Below are positions 1-11,600 of a DNA stretch of 45,172 nucleotides, in pieces. Source of the DNA: Klebsormidium nitens (taxonomy: Eukaryota > Plantae > Klebsormidiophyceae); NCBI GenBank assembly GCA_000708835.1, contig DF237625.1:1-45172 (forward strand), read 5' to 3'. Within the stretch, counting starts at the first letter, position 1; every line of letters begins with the position of its first letter. Made by a program: the position numbers and the translations under genes. Under the pieces are notes generated by a model. The model searched no databases and was not told where the DNA came from. It saw only the letters and a list, made by a program, of their open reading frames with translations.

Positions 1-480
1 TATGTAGGTACCTACCTATAAGTAGAATTAGGTACGGACTGACGAAGCGTTCGTACCGGTTTGCATCATGGGGGATCCATGACGCACACGAGGCATGACG
101 TCTTGTGGCGCGTTGTTGGCTCCGTTTTGGACCATACGTTTCGGCTGTACGGCACAACAATTTGACGTGAAAGATGCATCATGATTCATGATGCATCCCC
201 ATTAGACGGGGATCCGATCGGCTACGTGAGCCCGTACCAGGTACCTACTTGGAAGTTGAATCGCGCATCATGGCATCATTTAACGTAACGGTCCTTCGCC
301 CGTACTTTTGTGTACAAGGTGGACGTCATGGGACTGCACTGTGCACTGTGCACTGTGCAGGATCTTAGTACGGCCCTGTACGGGCCACTCACGTCACGTC
401 AATCGCAACAGGATCCGGGGGCCGGGGCCCGGGCCCCCGACCCATTTGTTGTTGACAGCTCAAATAGGTAGGTACCTACA
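1..480. repeat. Palindrome-dense non-coding tract, possible non-autonomous transposon or MITE fragment
   Basis: The 12-bp palindrome GTAGGTACCTAC occurs at 4-15 and 468-479, with its core AGGTACCT near 239-246. A 25-nt hairpin GATGCATCATGA-T-TCATGATGCATC lies at 173-197 and a tandem GCACTGT x3 near 337-358. No credible exon was found. Confidence 0.4.
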
Positions 481-753
481 GCTACGGGTGTTGCTAAGCA
501 GCATATTTAACGGCGAAGCGCCCGGGCATCTGCTTTCGGAAGCCAAACTAAGTTTCCCTCTTCCAACAGAGTTCATCTTCCTGCTGTAGCTGTCTGGAGC
601 TGCTGATCATCCTTGCAAAAGGATACTATCCAAGACTTGTGAATCATCGAAAACCCTTGGTGCATCTCAGCCCACTCCTAGTGCTGACGCTAACTTTTGC
701 AGGCGGCCAGACTTGAAGTGACACCAAATCCATGCAATTGATTTGTAAGGAGA

Positions 754-897
754 ATGGCGCCCCCACATGGTGTGTTAGATCAAATGCAAGCCACAGAAAC
801 AAGCAACTTGCACCCTGCAACGGGAAGTCCAGCTCAGATTGACAGCTCCAGCTCATGGGCTGGCCTGGCCGGTAGTGGGCTCCAGTACAGAGAGGAG
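754..897 (+). CDS. Candidate first coding exon of the O-methyltransferase (uncertain)
   Basis: ATG at 754 and a strong phase-0 donor GAG|GTGAGC after 897, compatible with the phase-0 acceptor at 1454. The peptide MAPPHGVLDQ...QYREE has no recognisable motif. Confidence 0.3.
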
Positions 898-1453
898 GTG
901 AGCTTATCGAAGGGAGTTGCAATGGAAAGGAAGTGCTTGTTAAGTGCTATCGGTATTGCAGCCCTCATTGTGACATGTATATTTGTTGCCCAATTCAAAG
1001 AAGCCAAATGCCTGTTCCAGCGACCAAATCTGAAAGGCTCACATTTGAGTGGGCGTTTGTGAGCATTCACAAGCTCATATAAGCAGCACGCCAATCCACC
1101 TTGATGTATCTTGGAATGGACTGGATTAAACCCTGGATAGAGCAAACTCCGTCTCATCACTGGAATTGGTGCAGGTTTCCAGCTTGGAAGAAATCCACCA
1201 GCCGCAATGCACTACTTATAGTCTAGAGCCACTCTCCATGACAGTGATCGGAAACGACGGTTTCCATAAATCAGATCCGGATCTCGATTGCCCAGACTTT
1301 TTCACCGTCTTTTTCTTCAGATCAAAAACATCATTCCATTTCTTTGCCTTGAACCCAAAACTCTGATGGCAGTGATCAGCTACCCTTCTGTGCTGCCCAA
1401 CGCAGGCGACTCTGCTGAAATCAGTCAACAAAATCATCTCCACAACAATTCAG

Positions 1454-4303
1454 TACTGGAGCCCAAAGGCCCTGTACACGGCAGTGTCGCTGGGAGTGCC
1501 TGACGCGCTGGCTGCAGCTGGGGGGCCACAAACAGCCGGTGAGCGGCCGAACAGGGCCCTGAGCCACCTTTTATTTCTCAAGATGGGATGCTGCGAATCA
1601 TTCCTGTCGAGGATGCACTAGAATGTCATAGAACCTGCCAATATATCCTTTCAATGCAGAGGGCCTATTTGCCAACAGGTTTCGACAGACAGCTACAAAC
1701 TAGTCAGAATAACGCACGGCAAGAAGTGACTGGCGTTGGCAGTGTGACTCACTGTGCCCGGATTAGCTCCTCAGAAAGTGGGCTTATACAGATTACCCGC
1801 TTGTGCTTCGAAGACCAATCGAAAAGTCTGGTTGCGCACAAGTGGTTGTAAGCTTACACACCTTTCCACTTTGCTAACCACATCAACGCCCTGCCTACAG
1901 CCGAAATTGCACGAAGAGTTGGTGCAAAAGAGGCTTCCCTCCTACAACGCCTGCTGCGAGCGCTGGCCGCAAACGGATTTTTCACCGAGTCAGAGGACGA
2001 GGATCCGCGGTATGGACTTAACGAAACCAGCAACCTGCTGACCAGCCAAGGCCCCTTTGCAGGGTTTGTTCTTCATGAGGTAGGCAGCTGTCATATACAG
2101 TTTGCTTTTCAAAAGTTTTGCTTTAGAAGGGATCTGCAATCTTCGTGCAGACGGTTCGATTTCCTTGCCTGCAATGTCTACAGAGCTAGCTGTCTTGGCT
2201 GACGCAATCATGTGAGGTTAGTCTTCAGTTTTGAATGTGCTAAAATACCCTGAGCATATGCGTACTCCTCCAATATCTAGCTTTTCAAAAGTGCCCAAAA
2301 GTTGGTCTAAACGGAGCTGCTAATTCAGGATTTCGAACGCCTTCAACCTCAAACCTCACATTCAAGCTTCGAGCACGAGTTTTGATCGAGGGTTTCAAGC
2401 TTCGAGTCCCTTCTCGAATCGCTCCTCCGAAACTCAGTGCGCTGCCTTTTGCAGTGCGAGCCCGCTTCCTGGTTGGCATGGGACAAGTTGACGGAAGCCA
2501 TACAGAACGGAGTCCACGAGGGCACGTACCCGTTCGAGCTGGCCACAGGGGGCAAAAGCTTCTTTGGCTACTACAAGGTGCGTCGTTAATGTTTTACTTC
2601 TTCTCAGCTGTGGTGGATCTGGCAGAGCAAGCGTCAAAACCTGGTCTGAGTTCCTGTGCTTGTAACTCCGTCTCTGGTTGAAGTGCTTGACTGAACGATG
2701 AAAGGGGCCCCTCCTTCTTTCGACAGCCAACAGGAACAAGCTGCCTGCCACTTGTCGACAGGCTCGGTTGGTCCTCAAGAGGAGGTCCGCTGGACCTCGC
2801 TCGTAGGAACACGTCAGAATGGGGCAGATTGTTTCGCCTCAGATTCTTCTAGGTGTCTGGGCTGAGATCTGGGTTAAAGTTGTCGCCGGTTCCCTTGCAG
2901 GAACACAAGGAGTCCGCCAAGTGGTTCAACGACGCTATGCAGACATGGTCGCTCGTTCAGGTGAGAAGCTGCTGACCACCTTGAAACCGAAACGGAGATC
3001 GTTTCTCTTCTGCGAAGCTCACTTGGTTCATATTCTATCACGAAAATAACGGGGAAGAGGGCAGCGGCTGCCTTTCGTGGTGGGATGACTGTTTTCGAAA
3101 CAGCATCATCCGACTTCCAAATATCTAGCGTTGCAGAAGGTTTGAAACTTTCCTTCCAAGCTAAGCCAAGCACACCAGAAAGGAACGTTGCGAACGCTTC
3201 GTATTCTGCAGGGCGAGGGCGATCGGTCACGATCCAACGTTCGCGTCAAACGTTTTCACGGCAACTCGACTCAATAGACACTTGATCACGAAGTTGCCCA
3301 GTGCTCGACCCTCTCTCCCCTCAGGGCCACGCTTTGCTGGAGCATTACGCCGGTTTCAAGTCCCTGACCGGTACGCTCGTCGACGTGGGCGGCAACCGGG
3401 GGGTCATGCTGTCCAAGATCCTGGCGCAGAACCCCAACATAAACGGGGGGGTCGTCTTCGACTTGCCACACGTACTGAAGCAGGAGGGGGTGGTGCGGCA
3501 GCCCAACGTTCGGCTCGTCGGGGGGGACATGTTTAAGGAGGTCCCGAAGGCGGACGCGATCTTCATGAAAGTGAGCGGTCCGGCAGAAAGTTGGAGAGGC
3601 AGATCTGGAAGAGCTGCTGTGAGGGGAAGTTGAGACTGCGCATGCCCAACCCGGCCAGGCCGGGGGATTGTTATCCCGATATGCCACAGGCTGTTGCTGC
3701 GCTTGTGATGCATTCAAAGGTGATGCCGCTTGGATCCGTCGGTCTCGTTCGTTCTGTTTGAATCCGTTACTTTACAGAGAATTTGATTGGGTTGATTCGT
3801 TGAGATTATCAGCCGATTGCTCGTCAAAACGAGGTTGTGCCAATGGTTTTCGTACTCGGAAAAGCGAGGACACTGGCTGCACTCGAAATCTTGGTGCAGA
3901 TTGGTGCCTGACGGCCTCAGTGCCTCAATGCCTCAATGCCTTATCGAAGCTCAGAATTGTCCTGTCAAGCTCGTAAATCGGCATCTGGTTTCTTCAGATG
4001 ATCTGCCACGACTGGGACGATGAGGCCTGCATCAAGCTCCTGCGAAACTGCCACAACGCTCTTCCGGTCGGGGGGAAGCTTCTGGTGGTGGAAGTGGTTG
4101 TGGCTAACCCGGGGCAAACCGGGAAAGAAACCCTGTACAGCAAGGAGTTTGACTTGCACATGCTGGCGCTCCTGGGGGGGGGCAAGGAGCGGACGGAACG
4201 GCAATGGCGGAATCTGCTCGAGGGGGGGGGCTTTGAAGTCGTGGGGATGACCCCCTGCCCGAGCGTGGCGTTACAACACGTGATTGAGGGGGTCAAGAAG
4301 TAA
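1454..4303 (+). CDS. SAM-dependent O-methyltransferase, class II / COMT-like (dimerisation domain plus Methyltransf_2 domain), spliced
   Basis: Phase-consistent GT-AG exons: 1454-1538 (YWSPKALYTAVSLGVPDAL), 1901-2079 (EIARRVGAKEASLLQRLLRALAANGFF...YGLNETSNLL), 2455-2577 (WLAWDKLTEAI...PFELATGGKSFFGY), 2901-2960 (AKWFNDAM), 3325-3570 (LVDVGGNRG, VVFDLPHV, VGGDMFKEVPKADAIFMK) and 3998-4303 (ICHDWDDEACIKLLRNC...GKLLVVE, DLHML...GGKERT, stop). All plant/bacterial OMT motifs appear in order. The true N-terminus is uncertain. Confidence 0.93.
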
Positions 4304-5622
4304 AACAACGGAATGTCGAGTGGAGCGTTCCTTATTGAGCGCTTAGCTGGGCACCGCCTAGCAGATTATATTGGTTAGCGCGTGCATTTCGATGTTAGTC
4401 AGGAAATCCTCGATGTATATAATTATAATGTAGACTGCTGATGAATCACGAGATTAAACATGATTAGAAGAATGTTCAAGCTTCTTTTACTTCGAATTCT
4501 TGGCAGCGAAAGTAAGATGACAATTTTGAACAGGATATCAACGGCAGTACTATACCTTAGCCTGTATCGCAAAATAAAGTCGGAAACTTCATGCCCCCTC
4601 ATCCCCCTGCAGCCTGCTCTAAAATCCGATTGGAAACTTCCGAGAAAGAAGGACGTGTATGCAAGCAGCAAAAGTGTCCTGAGTCGTACGATCATGCAGA
4701 GCTCGATCTGCAAGCTGCAGACCTCTTCATTAACTAAACTGATGGAGCAATCAGAGTTGCTAGCTGCAAACGCGGTGGTTAACAAGCTCACAACTGCAAA
4801 CTGGGTCCAACTGAATATGGTCTCTTTCGTACTCGTATACGAACGCCTCGAGTCAGTAGCTAGTCACTGGCTAGGTAGTACCCTAGTAGCAAGTACCGTA
4901 ATACCCGTAGCTACTGGACAGAGACTCGACCCGATGTCCGATTTCAAAATGCTGGCACCATCCCTGGGCGCAAGGTCGCTTCCCCGGGATGCATGTCTCA
5001 GTTGGGATAAGCAGCTAAAAGGCCCCGGCAGCTAGTCCCGGGCTCTATAGAATGGCCGGGGGCCCGTTCTAATGCGGCGACGCGTAATTGTACGGATCAG
5101 ATTTTCCGGACGTGATCGAACGATCAATAATTGCACGAGATTCTGTAATGATGGAGCGCGACGTCACAGCCTCCCGCCTCGGGAAATGGACCCAGATTTT
5201 AGCTAATGCCGGCCACGTCCAATGGAACGCAGGCGGCAGGGCCGAGCCACTTGCAATGACTTGATTGAGCTGTCTTTCGGACAACTTTGCTTCCAAGGTC
5301 ATGACAGGATACTCCAGCCTCAGGCAGTGCCAACCCAGACCAAAGACGTCCGCCTTGTGTAGCACTCATCGCCCAAAAGACTTGATCCAAACCTGCTCAG
5401 CTGGTCTCTCGCGTTGATACATACCTACATCACGTGGTCGTGAAGACACCAGGTCTGTGGCAGCTGCCACTGGTCCACAAGAAGCAGGCCTGCTGGTCAG
5501 GTGTGCGAGCAATGAGCTTTGATCAGCAACAGCGACTTCATTAATCCAGCTGAAGGGACACCGGGCCGCCTTCGCTCGCTTAAGAAAAACACTCTAAATT
5601 GAACGTGCATCGCCATCTCAAT

Positions 5623-8600
5623 ATGGCTGATCCCAGGCATGCTGCGAGGACCCTCCCCAAGGTGCTCGCCTTGCAAGCGGCACAAAGAGGAGACCAGCCC
5701 TTTCTGCTGCTGCCCCGAGTAAGTATGAGAATCATGACCAAATTGCAGGCCGGCTGGCTCACTCGCACATGCTCTGGCAGTTTCTTGTCCCAGGTCAACG
5801 CTGTTGCAAATGTTGTTTTGGCCCGCGCATTGAGCGATGCAAGAAGCTGATGTGCAGAATGCTGATGCAAGCGGGATGAGCTCCATGGTTCCCCGACCAA
5901 CACGTGAAGCGGGACCCTAGCTTATGTTGGTGTTTGTCTCAGACCAGTTGAAGCACCTCAGGTTCAGCCTCTGTAGTTCATCGCGCCAACTTATCCATGT
6001 TTATGAACTCCTTTTGCAGGCACAAAGCAATGGGATCTCACAGAATCAGGCAGCGGACGGTGCGCTCAAGTACCACACGGTTACTTTCAGCCAGTTTCAG
6101 CAAATGACTTTTCAGGTGGGATCCTTAGCTATTTGCAGCTCTGGCTTGAACATCATTGCATTTTATGATGAGGGCAGATGGAGTAGCTCTTGAAACCAGA
6201 GACATCATTGCATTTGCTTTCAAAGCTTGCTTCCAGAAAGCACGCGCACCACTGCCACCTCTGCTGGGGCCCTCCTTTACTTTCCATCATTTATGCCTCT
6301 TAGGTGTTTACTATGTGGTTAGGTTTGTTTAATCATCACATTCACTCGCGTCCAACTGTTGTTTGTCCGAGATATTTTACTGCGCTCTACACTTCAGTAC
6401 CAAGTTACGATGTTGCATGTCCTGATCCACATTACAGCACCTCTTCATTCTTTGCCAGCCCTCCTGGTCATCTGCCCACCGGCCAGTTCCTGTGTCCAAA
6501 TCAATTCAAGTCAGCAAAGCATAGCTCTGTACTGAAGTAAGTTTTGTCTGATCATTTCGTTGGTAGCTTTTGCTAATGGGCTTGTCTTCCTCTCCCACAG
6601 GCTCGGGCCCAACTGGTCCAGGTGACGACTCCTTTGGGCGGCACATGCCGCATCAGGAAGGGCGACCGAATGGCCATTCTGGCAAGCAACTCCCCAGAGT
6701 ACATTGTGGCCACGTTTGCGGCGTGGCTGCAGGGGGCTATGACTGTCAACCTCTCGACGCGCGTCGGAGACGAAGCGCTGCAGGTGCGCTGAAGGGGCGC
6801 TCGCCGTGACACGTGCATCTGAATTTGCGGGACGCCAACTTTTGGTTTTTTGGGATCTCAGGGCTGTGGACTAGCTCTAATGATCCTGGAAACAATCGGT
6901 TTGGCTTTGACTACTCTGTAGCATCCTGATAATTTTGACGCAAAAGTCCGGCACACTGAGGTCTCAAGAATTCAAGGGTCTTGGGCTCTGAGGCTTCCAG
7001 GGCGTCCTATCCTTTTCTCAGATCATTGCTGACATCAGCACCCGCCTTGCAGCACTTGGTGTCACAGTCTGCCCCTTCGGTGCTGCTGGTCTCGCAGGAG
7101 TGCGAGTCTGCGGCAAAGCGGGTGCTCAAAGTGAGGCCTCAGACCTTAAACACTGATCAAAGACCGTCTGTAGGGCAATTCTTGTGAGCTCAGCAAAGCA
7201 TTTGCGGTTTCATTCGGATCACACGGACGTTGGTTGGAGAACCTTAGCCCCATCAGATCTTTAGCTGCAGCTTTTGGCATTCAATCGCAGTATCACTGAA
7301 GTAGCAAACGGCGGATTCAGGCACACAGGAACCTCCAGATCCCCATCTTGAGACTCGAGTTTAGCGCTTCCTTGAGAGGCCATTGAATGGCACCAGTCAC
7401 ATTGCGCTCTTGCCGGCTCTTACCATCCGTTTGCTTGTGCACCAAGCGTCTGGTATATTGCATTTCAAGCTGCCAATTTGTCCCATTACAGACGCTTGAT
7501 GTCCCAGACCGCCCGTTGCTCCTGCGGCTGAACATGGGGGTGCTGGCAGGAGCGGTCGCCTCTGGCTCGAGTGTCCTGCCTCCGATGTTCACGATAGTCG
7601 TGGATGGCGAGATGAACGGCCACCCGACGCAAAGCAACGGTGCAAAAGAGAGCCACGTAGCCACCGTAGAAGTGGACGATCGGGACTATTCAGAGGTGGG
7701 CAAACACGGCAGAGCGGCGTAGTTATTCGCTAAAATCTGTGGTTGTTTGAGAAAAGCAGTGAAAGAGTTAAGTGGTCGCCCCAATGGGTGGTCATTTCTG
7801 ATGGTCAAGCAGAGCCCCTTGCCTTCAGATCCTTTTGAAGCTAAGGCTTGAGTTTGTCCGAAGATTACATTGCTAGCGCCAAGTCTCTAGCACGGTCTGC
7901 AGAGGCAAAACACTGCCTAGTCCGAGTCGAACTTGGCAGAGGCCAAGCCTGCTTTGGTGCCGGGAGACTGGGGCAACTTGCGGCAGTCACGTCCGATCTG
8001 TTCTTCTTCGAAGTTCGATAGAATTGTATTTATCGGGCATTCGTCTTCGATCCCGTAGCAATCGGTGCAGAAATCCCAGGAATTTGGAGTGTGACGGAAG
8101 CCCGCAATCGTGACGTCCTCAAAGAGTGGAGAGTGGAGAGGGGACAAGGAATACTCTGACATGAAGCTCCAAAAACAGATGCTCACGATTGTTTCTTCCG
8201 CGCCCCAGGCCTTTGCTCCGGCGGTCATCATGCACACGGGGGGGACAACCGGGCTGCCCAAGCAGGTCGTCCGTAACCATGACAGCCTGATCGAGCTGAT
8301 ACGCATGATGCACGTAAGTCACTCCGAACCATGACCCAATTGTGAAGAGCACGTTTAGATACAGCTAGGAGGGGAGCTTCAGTCAGTCCAGCGCTGATTA
8401 GAGAAGGGGACTTTTCCGGTCGATATCGATCTTCAAAGCGGCGTCAATCTTCAGAGCGCATGTGGTCTCTAAAAAGGGGACCTTTGAAAACGGAGTCGGT
8501 CTTGAAATCAATGGCAGATCGGCCATTCAAGGTCCTGATTTGTATTCCGTGGCCGCGATTCGTATTACGCCTCGGAGCAACTGGGGTTTGTAGCGACACT

Positions 8601-11600
8601 TTCTGGAGATGGTCAGCTTTCAGCATGCAGGCCCTTAAGAAATCGAGAATGGAGCTTTTACCTTTCGAACGGTGGGACTCAGATCTTGCTTCCGTGTAAG
8701 GCAGTTCCAAGGACTACACCCGCTTCCGATAGAAGGCTCGACTCACCCGGAGCACGGTTCTTACAGCCGCCCCCAAGTTGCTTTGATCAGCCGAAAATCT
8801 CCTCGAACGCATGCCGTGCTGCTTTCTTCCTCTCTCTTTCGGCGCCCAGCTTATTCTCTAAAATGCGAGTATTTCCGTGTATCCTTGCACAAGGTGCTCC
8901 GCCTCCCACAAGAAGTAAATCATGGATATTTCTGTGCTGATTATGGGCTCGTCGAGAAGTGGTAACACTTTCAATAAGCAGACCTGGGCGGGGACCGGCC
9001 TCATAACCAGGTCAAAGCCCGCTTACTCTTTGAAGAGACCAGGCCTGAGACTCAAGTCTGGTTATTGGCCTGGTTAGCACCCAAACTACCCGTCCCCCTG
9101 CGCAGGATCTGGACCCCCCGTACGCTCCCCCGGGCACTTTGCCTACCCAGCTGGGCTGGATGCCCCTCTTCCACGCGATCGGGTTCATCATCGAAGTCGG
9201 CCTGCCCATCTACTCGGGCTCGCCCTACTACTCGGCGAAAGTGCGTTAAAACCGCTGTTGCTCCACTCTTCTGAGCATTTCCAAAGAGTTTACGTCTGGA
9301 GCTGTTGAGAACCCTGCTTCGACGAGGTTGATGCCCATTGTGTGCTGACTTTGAAACCACCCAAAGTGATCAGCCACGGTCATTTTTCCTAGCTTTGAAT
9401 TGCAGTCGTTGGCAGGTGGAAGGGGATATTCCTTCGAAGGCCACAGAGTTTGATGCTTTCAGTAATAGAAACAGCCCTCGCGGGATCGGTCAAAGGTTGC
9501 TTATCTTTCCTTAGGTCCTTTGCAAAAGACGTTTGATATCTTTGGGGGGGTGATGCCTCTGGAACCCTGCTCGCTCTGTGTACTGCATCTTTCCTCGCTT
9601 TCAGGCTTTTTCGGCAGCGTTTAGGTGTTGCGTTTGAAGGAACAACAGCACCACCCAGAGCTTCGATGCTCTGGATCCGTCAGCTGAGCGTGCAAACTAG
9701 TCCTCGACCGTAGCCCGCAATCTCTTCACTCGATGGATAAAGGTCCTACGTCGTCTCAAACCTCAATTCACCACAGCCCTTAGGCCTTAAAACCCTAAAA
9801 TCCTAATCCCTAATACCTCAGGATTACTAAATACCTAAAACCCTGAAATACAGTTCGCGGCCGCGCCGTCCCCCGAGGGCCTCCTCCAAGCGATTGTGGA
9901 CAGCGGGTCGCAGCTCATGTTCGTAGTCCCGATCATTGCCGAGCAGTGGTGCCACATGATCAGGCGGGAGGAGGAACAGCACGGGTCAGGACGTCGAAAC
10001 TTCTCGATCTCCATTGAATGATAAGCAGAAGAATCATAAGCCCCCGACGTAACCAGAAAGCCAAGACAAAAGGTCCACGCGCTTCGCACCCGCACCCCCC
10101 CTAACCCCGGTAACTAACCACAGGGTCAGGTGGAAGGATGCATAGCACGGGTTAGGCTAACCTCCTCTGTCACTTGGCCTCGGTTACTTTGCTTCAATCC
10201 GATCCGTTTGTCCAATCTGGGCTCTTACTTTCAGTCAAAATTCTGAAACCAAGCTGAAGCTCATTTGCGAGAATTCTACACCTACTAGTCCGGAGGGTCT
10301 CTTCTTTTCTCATCCGGCTAATGGAGCAGGGTTGATGGGGACGTCCTCCTTTCCGATGAAGGCCGTAATGGATGGTTTAGAAACCGTACGAAAAGATGGT
10401 GATGGATCCATCAGTCCCTGGTTGTGATGGGTCACAGTCTCGTGAAGTTCCCCTTGGCTTAGAACGAGTGCCGTCACCTGATTGATTAAATTTCTGGAAA
10501 CATATGCCAGCTGAACTTGAGCCTTTCTGCCGTGCTTGCAGGGAATCCAAGACGCTGACAACTCTCTTGACACTGCACGCGCTTATCTACGCGGGCGCGC
10601 CCCTGGCTGAGTGGGCCGGGTCGTTCTTGGTTTCAAAGTAAGGCGCCCTGTCAATTTCGCAAGCCCGCTTTATCTGAAGGAGCCTGCTTCGTATGCACAC
10701 ACTGAGCGTCTTTCAGAATCTAATGTATGCCGAACCATTGGACCTGACTTTTAAAGCGGGCTAGAGCGGGTTTGCCAGCGCGTAACATGCTTGGAGGGAT
10801 CCAGCTTTGGGTCAGAAAATACAAACCCATCCTTATTGTTTTGAAACAGTGTTGTTCAACGTCCGATATTCTGAAGTCTTTTCTGCCAGATTCACAAGCT
10901 TTGGCCCGTACATAATACACGTACTTATCCCGTTTGAAGCGTCAAAGACTCCACGAGAGTAGGCTGTCCTGAAGATCCAGACAAAGTGAAAATCTCCAGC
11001 ACCTCTCACACGGGGACATGTTTCTTCGTTTGAATTGCGCCCTGCTATTTTGTTTGCAGGCGAGCGATTGCGCAGCATCGCCAGCTTCTGGTCGCCAGGA
11101 TTTTCCCGATCGCCTGGAATTTCCCGAACTTAGGACGTTTCTACAAGATGAAGAAAATGGAACTGTCATTTCTAACTACTAAGCTCTCCTTTCTTTCAGG
11201 GGCGTCCGCCTGACCACTGCTTTTGGGAGCACGGAGATTGGCGCCGTGGCGTTTGGCTTCCCNNNNNNNNNNNNNNNNNNNNNNNNNNNNNNNNNNNNNN
11301 NNNNNNNNNNNNNNNNNNNNNNNNNNNNNNNNNNNNNNNNNNNNNNNNNNNNNNNNNNNNNNNNNNNNNNNNNNNNNNNNNNNNNNNNNNNNNNNNNNNN
11401 NNNNNNNNNNNNNNNNNNNNNNNNNNNNNNNNNNNNNNNNNNNNNNNNNNNNNNNNNNNNNNNNNNNNNNNNNNNNNNNNNNNNNNNNNNNNNNNNNNNN
11501 NNNNNNNNNNNNNNNNNNNNNNNNNNNNNNNNNNNNNNNNNNNNNNNNNNNNNNNNNNNNNNNNNNNNNNNNNNNNNNNNNNNNNNNNNNNNNNNNNNNN

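Noticed and set aside
4423-5400. ORFs 4460-5035 and 4423-4791 between the OMT and A-T-R copy 1
   Set aside because: No recognisable domain, AT-richer composition than true exons and no convincing splice framework.
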